A stretch of DNA of 64,000 nucleotides from an uncultured Acidobacteriota bacterium (GTDB lineage Bacteria; Actinomycetota; Acidimicrobiia; Spongiisociales; ZC4RG35). A program made the translations under genes and the position numbers. The notes under the pieces are model-generated. The model had not been told where the DNA came from. It made no database searches and saw only the letters and a program-made list of their open reading frames with translations. Positions 9,708 to 19,676 of the stretch are shown in pieces (the first letter of the stretch is position 1; each line of letters begins with the position of its first letter). The DNA lies in the NCBI GenBank assembly GCA_963810465.1, contig CAWENM010000002.1:518791-582790 (forward strand), given 5' to 3'.

Positions 9708-10688
9708 ATGAGAAGGATCGCCCTGATCCTCACCCTGCTGGTGTTCGTTGCATGTGCCGGGGAAAGCGGCAGCACGACCACAACCGGCGATGTCGCCACC
9801 ACAACAACGGCGGAAGCCGACCCGACCACTACGACCCCGCAGGATCCAACCACTACTGTCGCTGATACCGGGTTTCCGGTGGAGGTGAGCGATGCCAATG
9901 GCGCGGTCACCATCGAGTCCAGGCCGGAGAGCATCGTCTCGCTGTCCTCGACGGGCACAGAGATGCTCTTTGCCATCGGCGCCGGCGATCAAGTGGTCGC
10001 CGTCGACGAGTTCTCCACCTATCCCGCGGAGGCACCGATAACCGACCTTTCCGGCTTCACCCCGAACATCGAAGCGATAGTCGGTTACGACCCCGACCTG
10101 GTCGTGATCTCGTTCGACCCGGGCGAGCTCGTGTCGGGGCTGGAGGCGGTCGGAGTGCCGACGCTCCTTCTCCCCACAGCTATGAGCCTCGACGATTCAT
10201 ACACCCAGCTGGAAGTCCTCGGGGCGGCCACCGGGCATGTCGGAGAGGCGGCTGAGGTGGTCGCGCAGATGCAGGCCGACATCGATGAGATCGTGGCCAC
10301 GACCTCCATTCCTGCAGGAGTCACCTTCTATCACGAGGTCGATGCCACCCTCTTCTCAGCGTCTTCCAACAGCTTCCTCGGCCAGATCTACGGGCTCCTC
10401 GGTCTGACCAACATCGCCGACGAGGCCGACACGGAGGGCAGTGGCTTTCCGCAGCTCGCCTCCGAGTACATCGTCAGCCAGGACCCGGACATCATCTTCC
10501 TTGCTGATGTCGACTTCGGCGTGACGCCCGAAAGCCTCAGTGAGCGGCCGGGATGGGCGGAGATGACCGCGATACAGAACGGCGCCATTGTCCCGCTGGA
10601 GGCGTATCTGGCCTCGAACTGGGGCCCGCGTGTCGTCGAGTTGCTGGAGTTGATCGCCGAATCGGTGACCCTCGTGCCCGCTTCTTGA
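9708..10688 (+). CDS. btuF: Cobalamin ABC transporter substrate-binding lipoprotein
   Basis: Lipobox VAC, Thr-rich linker, IVSLSSTGTEMLFAIGAG, PNIEAI; under a B12 riboswitch. Confidence 0.85.
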   Translation: MRRIALILTLLVFVACAGESGSTTTTGDVATTTTAEADPTTTTPQDPTTTVADTGFPVEVSDANGAVTIESRPESIVSLSSTGTEMLFAIGAGDQVVAVDEFSTYPAEAPITDLSGFTPNIEAIVGYDPDLVVISFDPGELVSGLEAVGVPTLLLPTAMSLDDSYTQLEVLGAATGHVGEAAEVVAQMQADIDEIVATTSIPAGVTFYHEVDATLFSASSNSFLGQIYGLLGLTNIADEADTEGSGFPQLASEYIVSQDPDIIFLADVDFGVTPESLSERPGWAEMTAIQNGAIVPLEAYLASNWGPRVVELLELIAESVTLVPAS

Positions 10689-11728
10689 GCGAACTGTCGT
10701 CCCCGCCCGCCATCGCTCCGGCGCGAATCGGCGCCAGGCGGTGGTTGGTGGCGGCGGCAGTCCTGGTCGTTGTGGCCCTGGCCGGATTGCTCGTCGGCTC
10801 GGTGGCCCTGCCACCGGTGGAGGTGATCAAGGCAGTTGCCGACCGACTCCCGCTCGTGACAGTGGAGCATGGGCTGAGTGAGGTCGAGACGAGGCTCCTT
10901 TTCGAGTTGAGGATGCCTCGTGTCGTCATCGGCGGCCTGGTGGGCGCGGTGTTGGCGGTCGCCGGCGCTGGGTATCAGGGTGTGTTCCGGAACCCGCTCG
11001 CAGATCCGTATCTGCTCGGGGTAGCCGCGGGTGCCGGTCTTGGGGCAACCGCCGTGATCGGGCTCGGTGCCGGGTCGGCGGCGCTCCCTTTGGTGGCCTT
11101 CGTCGGCGGCATCGCGGCTGTGGGGGCAACCTATGCCTTGAGCCGGACGGTTGGTGGCCGGACTACCACGACGCTGATCCTGGCTGGTGTCGCCGTCGCC
11201 GCCTTCGCCACAGCCGTTCAGACATTCCTGCTCCAGCGCAGCTACGAGACCCTGCGAGAGGTGTATTCATGGATACTGGGCCGGCTGGTGACCGTCGGGT
11301 GGAGCGAGGTTTGGACCCTCGTCCCCTACGCGGTCGCGGCCGCGACCGTCCTTGTCCTCATGCGTCGCCTGCTCGATGTGCTCGGACTTGGCGACGAAGA
11401 GGCTGCGGGCCTCGGCGTCGACGTGTTGAGGGTGCGCCGTCTCGTGGTCCTGGCCGCGACCCTGGCCACGGCTGCCGCCGTGAGCGTCAGCGGACTCATC
11501 GCATTCGTCGGGATCATCGTGCCCCACACAATCCGTCTGCTCACGGGCTGGAGCTACCGGGTGATCATTCCGCTATCCCTGGTCTACGGCGCTTCGTTCC
11601 TCATCCTGGCCGACCTGGGTGCCCGAACGGTGGTGGCGCCAGGAGAGTTGCCCATCGGCGTCGTGACGGCGTTCTTGGGAGCCCCATTCTTCCTGCTCGT
11701 CCTGCGGTCGATGAGAGGCTCCTCATGA
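10685..11728 (+). CDS. btuC: Cobalamin ABC transporter permease (FecCD family)
   Basis: LRMPRV, QGVFRNPLADPYLLG, GLIAFVGIIVPH, ELPIGVVTA; TTGA overlap. Confidence 0.88.
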   Translation: MSELSSPPAIAPARIGARRWLVAAAVLVVVALAGLLVGSVALPPVEVIKAVADRLPLVTVEHGLSEVETRLLFELRMPRVVIGGLVGAVLAVAGAGYQGVFRNPLADPYLLGVAAGAGLGATAVIGLGAGSAALPLVAFVGGIAAVGATYALSRTVGGRTTTTLILAGVAVAAFATAVQTFLLQRSYETLREVYSWILGRLVTVGWSEVWTLVPYAVAAATVLVLMRRLLDVLGLGDEEAAGLGVDVLRVRRLVVLAATLATAAAVSVSGLIAFVGIIVPHTIRLLTGWSYRVIIPLSLVYGASFLILADLGARTVVAPGELPIGVVTAFLGAPFFLLVLRSMRGSS

Positions 11729-12501
11729 TCTCCTGGCGTGATGTCGTGGTCTCTTTCGACGGTGTGACGGTGGTCGGGCCGGTGACACTCACAGTGGGCG
11801 ACGGTGAGTGGGTGGGGTTGATCGGGCCCAACGGCGCCGGGAAGTCGACCCTTTTGAAGGCAGCGGTTGGGATCGTCGCCCACCAAGGAACCGTGGATCT
11901 ATTCGGCCGCGACAGACGGGCAGGGGCGGACATCGCCTGGATGCCGCAGCGTCCCCTCATGCCGGACGAGATGAACGTCGTGAACTATGTCCTCCTGGGC
12001 CGGACCCCGCACCTCGGCTACCTGGGATCGGAGAGCCCCAACGATCTGGAGTCGGTGGGAAGAGCAATCGAGCGCCTCGCCTTGGTCGAGTTGTCTCATC
12101 GCCCTCTCTCCACTCTCTCAGGAGGCGAGGCACAGCGGGTCGTCCTCGCCCGGGCCCTTGCCCAGGAGGCGCCGGTGCTCCTACTGGATGAGCCGACATC
12201 CAGCCTCGACATCGGCCATGCGCTCGACGTTCTCGAAATACTCGATGAGCTGAGACTCCACGGAGGGTTGACGGTTGTCACGGCCCTGCACGACCTCACG
12301 TTGGCCGGCCGGTTTGCCGATCGACTCGTCCTCCTCGACAGTGGGAAAGTGGTCGCGGAAGGCAGCGCATCCAAGGTGCTGACCGAGGACACCCTCATCC
12401 CGAGCTACGGTGCCGGGATTCGAGTCGTGACCAACGGCGACGGGCCGACAGTGATCCCCACGCGGAGACAGAGTGACCGATCATCCCCGCCCACCGACTG
12501 A
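11725..12501 (+). CDS. btuD: Cobalamin ABC transporter ATPase
   Basis: GPNGAGKST, LSGGEAQR, LLLDEPT, LHDL; ATGA overlap. Confidence 0.88.
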   Translation: MISWRDVVVSFDGVTVVGPVTLTVGDGEWVGLIGPNGAGKSTLLKAAVGIVAHQGTVDLFGRDRRAGADIAWMPQRPLMPDEMNVVNYVLLGRTPHLGYLGSESPNDLESVGRAIERLALVELSHRPLSTLSGGEAQRVVLARALAQEAPVLLLDEPTSSLDIGHALDVLEILDELRLHGGLTVVTALHDLTLAGRFADRLVLLDSGKVVAEGSASKVLTEDTLIPSYGAGIRVVTNGDGPTVIPTRRQSDRSSPPTD

Positions 12502-13042
12502 GTCCCCGCCTGCGGCGCACACGCGGCTTCCCTCGCTGGTGCTGGTCAATACCGGCGAAGGCAAGGGCAAGTCGACTGCCGCCTTTGGCACCGCGTTGCG
12601 GGCTGTGGCCCGCGGGTGGAAGGTGGGCGTGGTCCAGTTTCTCAAGTCGGGGGATTGGAAGGTCGGCGAGGAGGAGGTGGGCCGGAGGCTGGGGATGGAC
12701 TGGTGGGCCTTGGGCGATGGGTTCACCTGGGATTCCGACGACATGGACGAATCGGAGGCGATTGCCCGGGAGGCGTGGTTCAGCGCAAAGACGAGGATGT
12801 CCTCGGATGAGTACGACCTGTTGATCCTGGACGAGATCACCTATCCAATCAACTGGGGCTGGATCGACCTCGACGACGTGCTGGCCGCCATCGCACACCG
12901 CCCGAGTCGGCTGAACCTGATCTTCACCGGACGTGATGCTCCTGCCGCCCTGGTGGACGCAGCCAACACCGTTACCGAGATGCGGAAGGTAAAGCACGCC
13001 TTCGACGACGGGATCATGGCCAGACGCGGAATCGACTACTGA
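12473..13042 (+). CDS. cobO: Cob(I)yrinic acid a,c-diamide adenosyltransferase
   Basis: NTGEGKGKSTAAFG, QFLK, LILDEI, TGR, TEMRKVKH, RGIDY. Confidence 0.95.
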   Translation: MTDHPRPPTESPPAAHTRLPSLVLVNTGEGKGKSTAAFGTALRAVARGWKVGVVQFLKSGDWKVGEEEVGRRLGMDWWALGDGFTWDSDDMDESEAIAREAWFSAKTRMSSDEYDLLILDEITYPINWGWIDLDDVLAAIAHRPSRLNLIFTGRDAPAALVDAANTVTEMRKVKHAFDDGIMARRGIDY

Positions 13043-13049
13043 ATAGTCG

Positions 13050-13097
13050 TTTTCGCGCACCGATGTCGGCTTGTGGACCGATATCGGTGCGCGAAAA
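13050..13097. repeat. REP-like palindrome / bidirectional terminator
   Basis: TTTTCGCGCACCGATGTCGG-N8-CCGATATCGGTGCGCGAAAA between convergent genes. Confidence 0.75.
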
Positions 13098-13103
13098 GCG
13101 TTC

Positions 13104-16100
13104 TCAGACCCCGGCGCGCACCATCTCGACGGCTTCCTCCACCGTCAGCGATTCACCCGCAACCGTCGCATGGGCGAACTCCTGGCTGCCAAGCGCCTCC
13201 TGGGTGGCCGACACCTGGGCGGCGTAGTCGTGCTCTTCTGGCGGAGGCCATATCGCGACTCGGTGCTTGCTGGCGACCAGGTCGGCAAGCCCGAAGAGAC
13301 GGGCGGCGACAATGTCGCGGCCCTGGGCGTGGGCCCCGACGGCCAGCGAGGCGATGGCGATGGCCACACCACGCATGTCCTCTGCGGCCTCGGCCAGGAC
13401 GAGACTCTCGACCAGGGCGTTCTGGGCCCGTCCGAACTGGGCGTGCCGGTGCGCAGTCTTCCCCATGTGATAGAGGTATTCCCCGAGAGCGGCTCTGGCG
13501 CCGGCCCTTTCGCTGACGACGGTGGCACGGTCCCGGTTCTGCTCCACCACTCTTTGTAGTTCGGCGGTGGTCGGGTTCGATTGGATCATCGTTTTCATCT
13601 CGAAGAGGTTGTTGGCCGTCTCCTCATAGAGGCTGAAGCCCTCGAGCACCGACTTGAACAGCTCCAGTGCGAAGTCGTGGTCGCCGGCGAGCCACGCCAT
13701 CGCTCCCAACCCGGCGTCGGCGTGAGCCACGCCCAACGAGTCGCCGGCGATGACGAGGAGATCCCGACCTTCGGTATACCTGTCTGAGGCCTCGTTGTAG
13801 TCGCCTTCGTCACGTGCCACGGCGCCGAGCCTGAGCGCCGACCATCCAATGTCGAGGACACCCGAATGGTCGAGGAACAGCCCGTGGCTCTCGGTCATCT
13901 TCGCACGCGCCTCCTCCAAATCTCCCTGAAGGCGGGCCATCGTTGCCCAGACCGCGAGGGTCCAGGCCAGCATCCAGGTGTCGCCGACCTCACGGTTGAT
14001 GCGCTCGGCCTCGGGTGCGAGACGCTTTGCCTCCTCGAGATCGTCCCTCAGCCAAGCCGTTGCCATGAGCTGATAGGCCTGGCGCGCCTCGCCACGTCGA
14101 TCTCCAAGACTCCGGTAGATCTCCATCGCCTCGGTGAGGGCGCTATACGACTCGTCGAATGCGAGCCGGCGGCTGGCGAGGAGCCCGGCGCCATTCAGCG
14201 CCCGGGCGACGATTGCGGGATCGACACCCTCCCGGTGAGCCAGCGTGCGCTCGAGCCATTCCGTCCCGTCGCTGACCTCGCGTTTCATGACCCAGAACCA
14301 GCGGAGGGCCCCGGCCATGGCCATCGCATCCTGTGCCCGGCCCGAGTCGTGTAGCCACTCCAGTGCTGCCCGCAGGTTGTAGCGGTCGCGTTCGAGACGA
14401 TCGGCCCAAACGTTCTGCTCGTTTTCCAGGATCTCGCTGTCACCTTCCTCTGCCATGGCCAGGAAGAACCCGGCATGACGGTCGCGGAGTGCCGAGAGCT
14501 CGGCGCCCTCGTCGAGCCGCATGCGGGCGTAGTGGCTGATCGGCTCGAGGAGCCGATAGCGGACCGGGTCGGTGTCCGTTGCCATGACAAGGGACGTCTC
14601 GACGAGACGGCCGAGGAGGTTCATCACGTGCTCCCGAGCGACCAGGCCCCCGGAGCAGACACTCTCGGCCGCCTCGAGAGTGAATCCGCCGTTGAACACC
14701 GACAGCCGCGTGAACAGGACCCGCTCCGCGCCACCGAGGAAGTCATAACTCCAGTCGAGAGTGGTCTCGAGCGTCTGTTGATGAGGTGGCAGGTCACGAG
14801 CCGTCCCGGCGAGCAGGGCGAACTGTTGGTCGAGGCGTTCGACGAGTTGTCCCATCGACAACACCTTCAGCCGTGCTGCCGCCAGTTCGATGGCGAGGGG
14901 GATCCCGTCCAGTCGCCGGCATACCTCGGCTATCTGCTGAGCATTGGCCAGGCCAAGCTCGAAATTCGGATTCACCAAACGTGCCCGGTTGACGAACAAT
15001 TCGACGGAGTGGAACGAGGCGATCTGATCCAAGGATCTGATGTCCGCACCGGGAACGGCAAGCGGGGATATCTGCACCAGGTGCTCTTCCCTGATCGAGA
15101 GCCACTCCCTGGTAGTGGCCAGGATCTTCAATCTCTCCGTGCCCTGCAGCAGCTGATCGGTCAGCTTGGCCACGGCGTCGATGAGGTGCTCACAGCCATC
15201 GAGGATCAACAGCGAGTGTGCCTTGGCCAGTCGCGAGATCAGCGTGTCCATGATCGATTGGAGCGGGCTCTCCGTGATGTGGAGCTGGCGGGCCACGGCG
15301 GCGGCGAGAAGATTGTCGTCCGCCACTCTCGAGACCTCGACGAACCACACACCGTCTTCGAAGCTCGAAGCCAGCTCTTCGGCCACCTTCAGTGCAAGGG
15401 TCGTCTTGCCGACGCCGCCGGGACCGGTGAGCGTCACCAGACGCGAGTCCTCGAGGGCTTCGAGGACCGAGTCCTTCTCGTGTTGACGGCCGACGAGGGA
15501 GAGGTCCCGGATCGGGAGGTTGCCCTTGGACGACGTCAGTGTTCGCAGAGGTGGGAACTCGGTCGGGAGCCCGTCCACGCTCAGCTGGAAAATGTGCTCC
15601 TCGTGGGTCAGGTCACGCAGCCGATGGGTACCCAGATCCTCGAGACGGGTCCCTTCCGGGAGGTTGTATTCGACGAGACGGGCCGTTGCCTCGGAGATCA
15701 GGGTCTGGCCACCGTGCCCGCTGTCGCCTATGCGCGCCGCCCGATGGACGTCGATGCCGACGTAGTCGGAGCCACCCAACCGACCCTCACCCGTGTGGAC
15801 TCCGATCCGCACGACCACGTCCTGCGGTGACCTCCATTCTTCGGATGCCAGCCGCCGCTGGATCTCCACCGCGCTCGAGACCGCGTCGAGGGCCGACTGG
15901 AAGGCAACGAAGAAGCCATCGCCCTCGTTCTTGACGATTCGGCCACGGTGCTTCCCGGCTGACTCGTGCACGATCGCGTTGTGGCGCTCCAGGACGGCCC
16001 GGAAGGCATCGCCGAGCTCTTGGAGCATCCTCGTCGAGCCTTCGATGTCGGAGAATAGGAAGCTGACCGTCCCGAGGGGGAGGTCACCTGAAGTCGTCAC
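13104..16100 (-). CDS. Class III adenylate/guanylate cyclase + STAND (NB-ARC-like) ATPase + TPR protein
   Basis: FSDIEGST, KNEGDGFF, RIGVHTG, GPGGVGKT, LILDGCEH, LDGIPLAIELAA, TPR helices; TAATTT-N7-GTG start. Confidence 0.9.
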   Translation of the reverse strand: MTTSGDLPLGTVSFLFSDIEGSTRMLQELGDAFRAVLERHNAIVHESAGKHRGRIVKNEGDGFFVAFQSALDAVSSAVEIQRRLASEEWRSPQDVVVRIGVHTGEGRLGGSDYVGIDVHRAARIGDSGHGGQTLISEATARLVEYNLPEGTRLEDLGTHRLRDLTHEEHIFQLSVDGLPTEFPPLRTLTSSKGNLPIRDLSLVGRQHEKDSVLEALEDSRLVTLTGPGGVGKTTLALKVAEELASSFEDGVWFVEVSRVADDNLLAAAVARQLHITESPLQSIMDTLISRLAKAHSLLILDGCEHLIDAVAKLTDQLLQGTERLKILATTREWLSIREEHLVQISPLAVPGADIRSLDQIASFHSVELFVNRARLVNPNFELGLANAQQIAEVCRRLDGIPLAIELAAARLKVLSMGQLVERLDQQFALLAGTARDLPPHQQTLETTLDWSYDFLGGAERVLFTRLSVFNGGFTLEAAESVCSGGLVAREHVMNLLGRLVETSLVMATDTDPVRYRLLEPISHYARMRLDEGAELSALRDRHAGFFLAMAEEGDSEILENEQNVWADRLERDRYNLRAALEWLHDSGRAQDAMAMAGALRWFWVMKREVSDGTEWLERTLAHREGVDPAIVARALNGAGLLASRRLAFDESYSALTEAMEIYRSLGDRRGEARQAYQLMATAWLRDDLEEAKRLAPEAERINREVGDTWMLAWTLAVWATMARLQGDLEEARAKMTESHGLFLDHSGVLDIGWSALRLGAVARDEGDYNEASDRYTEGRDLLVIAGDSLGVAHADAGLGAMAWLAGDHDFALELFKSVLEGFSLYEETANNLFEMKTMIQSNPTTAELQRVVEQNRDRATVVSERAGARAALGEYLYHMGKTAHRHAQFGRAQNALVESLVLAEAAEDMRGVAIAIASLAVGAHAQGRDIVAARLFGLADLVASKHRVAIWPPPEEHDYAAQVSATQEALGSQEFAHATVAGESLTVEEAVEMVRAGV

Positions 16101-16164
16101 GGTCACCAAATTAACAACGGCCGGACCGTTGCCCGCCGCCGTATTCGATGGTTTCAGGGTCAGA

Positions 16165-16641
16165 TCAAGATGCTTGGCGGGCCCGTCGGAGCAGGGCTGC
16201 TCGCAAAGCATCAGGATCGAGGTCGAGACCGTAGAGGACCCCGGTGGCGCGATCGGGCCCTTCGATATCGGTCAATGCCACCGCGAGGTGCTCGACTCCG
16301 ATATGTCGATGACCGAGATCCAGCGCTGCACGCAGGGCGTCCTTCAGTATGTCCTTGGCGCCGTTGGTGAATGGGATATGTCCGCTTCTCTTGCCACGAG
16401 CCGGCCCTGCTACCTCGATCAATGCCGGGTCCAGGCCGACTGATGCCAGCGCCTCCCGGTCCATCCGGTCGAGCTCGGCGCGGATGGACTCGACATCCGG
16501 CATCAGGTCTTCGAGAGATCGCGCATGGGCTACGCCGATGAGGAGATGCTCGGTGCCAATGCGGGAATCGCCACGGGTCTGTGCCTCCTCGACGGCGTGA
16601 GTCACCACGAGCCGGGCATCTTTGGTGAATCGCTCGAACAC
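16165..16641 (-). CDS. Clp protease N-terminal repeat domain protein
   Basis: (M)FERFTKDAR..IGTEHLL..PFTNGAK..HIGVEHL; SD GGAGG. Confidence 0.9.
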   Translation of the reverse strand: MFERFTKDARLVVTHAVEEAQTRGDSRIGTEHLLIGVAHARSLEDLMPDVESIRAELDRMDREALASVGLDPALIEVAGPARGKRSGHIPFTNGAKDILKDALRAALDLGHRHIGVEHLAVALTDIEGPDRATGVLYGLDLDPDALRAALLRRARQAS

Positions 16642-16643
16642 AG

Positions 16644-16844
16644 CTACCTCCCGTGCTTCTTGTGCACCGCTTGCCGTGACACGCCCAGGGCATCGCCGAT
16701 CTGCTGCCACGTCCAGCCATGGGCCCGGGCCGCCTCGACGTGGGTCGCCTCCAGCCTCTCGGTCAAGCGTCGGAGCACTACCACGGCCTGAAGACCCTGG
16801 GCAGGGTCATCGCTGTCGGCGCCGGCCAGCTTGGGAGATGTCAT
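16644..16844 (-). CDS. Small HTH DNA-binding protein
   Basis: ARAHGWTWQQIGDALGVSRQAVHKK; usual partner of Clp-N genes in Actinobacteria. Confidence 0.85.
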   Translation of the reverse strand: MTSPKLAGADSDDPAQGLQAVVVLRRLTERLEATHVEAARAHGWTWQQIGDALGVSRQAVHKKHGR

Positions 16845-16847
16845 CCT

Positions 16848-16890
16848 GTCATCCTAGGTTGACAGACCCTCGTTGTCAACCAGGGTTGAC
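16848..16890. promoter_or_regulatory. Tandem palindromic operator upstream of the HTH/Clp-N operon
   Basis: GTCATC-ctag-GTTGAC (16848-16863) and GTCAAC-cagg-GTTGAC (16875-16890). Confidence 0.6.
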
Positions 16891-16913
16891 CGGCCGAATA
16901 CAGGTGTGGGCGG

Positions 16914-17960
16914 CTAGATCCGTCTTCGGGCCGCCAGACGGAACAACGCCCGCGCACCGTCTCCAAGCGGCTCGAAGCGCGGGTCCTTGGTTTGCCCCCT
17001 CAGCCATCGGATATAGATCTGCTGGAGGACGACCCCGAGCTTCCAGGTCCCGAAGACGACGTACCAGTCGACCTCGCCCAGGTCCCTCCCAGAGCGCTCG
17101 CCGTAGCGGTCAAGCGCGGCCCGCCGGTCGAGCCATCCAGGCGAGGTAGTGGGCATCGGCGCCAACGTCGACTTCTCCTCTCCCTCGTCGTACCACGATG
17201 CCATCAGTGTTCCCACGTCGGCGAGAGGATCCCCCCGCGTCGCCATATCCCAGTCGTACACAGCCACACACACACCAGGGTCGGCCGGGGATACCGCCAT
17301 GTTGTCCAGACGCCAGTCGTTGTGGATGATCGTCGGCGACCCCGACTGCGGCACACTGGATCGAAGCCATTTGCCCACGTCGTCGGCGAGGGGATCGTCG
17401 TCGTCCTTGGCCTGTTCCCAGCGTCTCCACCATCCCTCGACCTGCCGCTCCAGGAACCCGTCCGGATGCCCGAGGTCTTCGAGACCACAGTCCGCCGGGT
17501 CCACCGAGTGAAGCTCGACCAGCGTGTCGATCACGACCGCGGACAGCTTCCGGTTGGCCCGGTCGTCCCTTCCCGCTCCGAAGAGGTCGGGGACGAGATC
17601 ACGGATGACGACACCGGGCTTGGGCTCCATGAGGAAGAAGGGAGCACCGATCACGTCGGGGTCTTCACATAGCGCAACGGCCCGGGGCGCCTTGTCGAAG
17701 CCCTTCCAGAGTCGGGAGAGGACCGTGTACTCCCGTGTCATGTCGTGGGAGCTCTCGGCGACGGGACCCAATGGGGGCCTTCTCAGCACGAGCTGCTCAC
17801 CCCCCGGGAACTCGAGCAGGTAGGTGAGGTTGGCCTTGCCACCGGCGAACTGCCGGACGGCTGGAGAGCCGGTGGGCAGCGACTCGTTGCCAGTAATCCA
17901 GCCGCTGAGGCGATCGACATCGAATTGCTCGTCCTGGCGGACCTCGATGACCTCTTCCAC
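16914..17960 (-). CDS. Phosphotransferase family protein (APH / ACAD10-11 kinase-like)
   Basis: GGKANLTY, VLRRPP, HDMTREY, HNDWRLDN, YDWDMATRGDP. Confidence 0.9.
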   Translation of the reverse strand: MEEVIEVRQDEQFDVDRLSGWITGNESLPTGSPAVRQFAGGKANLTYLLEFPGGEQLVLRRPPLGPVAESSHDMTREYTVLSRLWKGFDKAPRAVALCEDPDVIGAPFFLMEPKPGVVIRDLVPDLFGAGRDDRANRKLSAVVIDTLVELHSVDPADCGLEDLGHPDGFLERQVEGWWRRWEQAKDDDDPLADDVGKWLRSSVPQSGSPTIIHNDWRLDNMAVSPADPGVCVAVYDWDMATRGDPLADVGTLMASWYDEGEEKSTLAPMPTTSPGWLDRRAALDRYGERSGRDLGEVDWYVVFGTWKLGVVLQQIYIRWLRGQTKDPRFEPLGDGARALFRLAARRRI

Positions 17961-18003
17961 GAGTCGAAGGGTATCGGGGGGTCTACTCTCCACGTTCACC
18001 CGC

Positions 18004-19662
18004 ATGCCAGAGACCACACCGTTCGAGATCTGTGATCGCTTGACGGAGGCGTACGCCGATCTATCGCCGATCGCCGCAACCGAGGCCGGCATTCCGGGTC
18101 GCGATCATCTGTGGGACGACTTTTCGCCCGACGGAGAGGCGGCGAAGGAGGAGCTCAGGGCCAGGGCTGTCGCCGATCTCGAGCGGCATCTCGATCACTC
18201 CGACCCGGTACAGGCGACCGCGGCACGTGTAGCGAGTGGTTATCTGAGTTCGGAGCGCCGCCTCTACGACAGCGGGCATTGGAAGCGGGACCTCAACCAC
18301 ATCTTTGGCCCTTTTCAGACTGCCCGTGACACCTTCGACATCGTGTCCAAGGTCGGGCCTGAGGCGTGGGAGAACGTGACCGTCCGCCTCTCCACCTGGG
18401 GCGACATGCTGGACGGATACAGGGCCAGCCTTCTCGTCGGCCTCGACGAAGGGGACACGGTCGCCCGACGTCAGGTGTTGAGCGTCATCGAACAGATGCG
18501 CTCGGTGGCCGGCCCCGAGTCGCGGTTCACGGCTCTACCGCCGATGGCGGCGGCCGCCGGCGGTGACGAGGATCGGGTAGCGGGAGCCGTCGACCGGGCC
18601 CGATCTGCATCAGCTGAGTTCGCTGACTGGCTCGAGACCTCGTATCTGCCCAGGGCGAAGCTCTCCGACGCCGCAGGGCTCGATCGCTACGCGGAGGAAT
18701 CTGAGCGATTCCTCGGAATGCGGCTCGACCCCGACGACACGTACGAGTGGGGATGGTCCGAAGTGCACCGGCTGCTCGGCGAGATGCAGGACACCGCGGC
18801 GGAGATCGACCCGAATCTGAACATCGATGAGGTGATCGACCTCCTGGACGGCGACCCCGGTCGCTCGGCGCCGGACCATCACGCCTTTGCCGACTTCGTC
18901 CGGGACATTCAGGCGCGGGCCGTGGAGCGCCTGGATGGGACGGCGTTCGACGTGCCGCCACCGATGTGCGACGTGACGGTCAATCTCGCCCCCAGCGGAG
19001 GCGCTCTGGGAGCGTGGTACGTGGCGCCATCTGAGGACCTCGAACGGCCCGGCTCGATCTGGTATGCCCTGGGCGAGAGAACCCGGATCCCGTACTGGCA
19101 GGAAGTCGCCACCGCGTATCACGAGGGATTCCCGGGCCATCACCTGCAGGTCGGAATCGCAGTGCTGCAACGGGAGAAGCTGTCCCGGTTCCACCGCTTG
19201 TTCGTGTGGTACCCGGGCTCGGGCGAGGGATGGGCACTGTATGCCGAGCGTCTCATGGAGGAACTCGGCTTCTTCGAGAACCCGGAATATCGACTGGGCT
19301 TGCTCGCGAGCCAACTTTTTCGGTCAACGAGGGTCGTCGTCGACATCGGGGCCCATCTGGAGAAGCGGATCCCCGACGACGCTCCTCTCCACGCGGGCCA
19401 GGTGTGGGACTACGACCTCGCCGTGGACTACATGGAGAAGATCGGCAGACAGCCGCGGGACCTGGCCGAATCGGAGGTCCTGAGGTATCTCGGGTGGCCC
19501 GGCCAGGCCATCTCCTACAAGGTGGGGGAGCGCGAGATCCTCGACATCCGCAAGCAAGCGATGGCCGAGGCCGGCGACTCATTCGACGGCAAGGACTTCC
19601 ACCGCCGGTTGTTGGACGCGGGCGCGATCAGGCTCGATCACCTCCGGGAGACGATGTCCTGA
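18004..19662 (+). CDS. DUF885 family putative metallopeptidase
   Basis: YHEGFPGHHLQ, EGWALYAE, RYLGWPGQAISYKVG. Confidence 0.9.
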   Translation: MPETTPFEICDRLTEAYADLSPIAATEAGIPGRDHLWDDFSPDGEAAKEELRARAVADLERHLDHSDPVQATAARVASGYLSSERRLYDSGHWKRDLNHIFGPFQTARDTFDIVSKVGPEAWENVTVRLSTWGDMLDGYRASLLVGLDEGDTVARRQVLSVIEQMRSVAGPESRFTALPPMAAAAGGDEDRVAGAVDRARSASAEFADWLETSYLPRAKLSDAAGLDRYAEESERFLGMRLDPDDTYEWGWSEVHRLLGEMQDTAAEIDPNLNIDEVIDLLDGDPGRSAPDHHAFADFVRDIQARAVERLDGTAFDVPPPMCDVTVNLAPSGGALGAWYVAPSEDLERPGSIWYALGERTRIPYWQEVATAYHEGFPGHHLQVGIAVLQREKLSRFHRLFVWYPGSGEGWALYAERLMEELGFFENPEYRLGLLASQLFRSTRVVVDIGAHLEKRIPDDAPLHAGQVWDYDLAVDYMEKIGRQPRDLAESEVLRYLGWPGQAISYKVGEREILDIRKQAMAEAGDSFDGKDFHRRLLDAGAIRLDHLRETMS

Positions 19663-19676
19663 GTCCCGGTTGAGCC

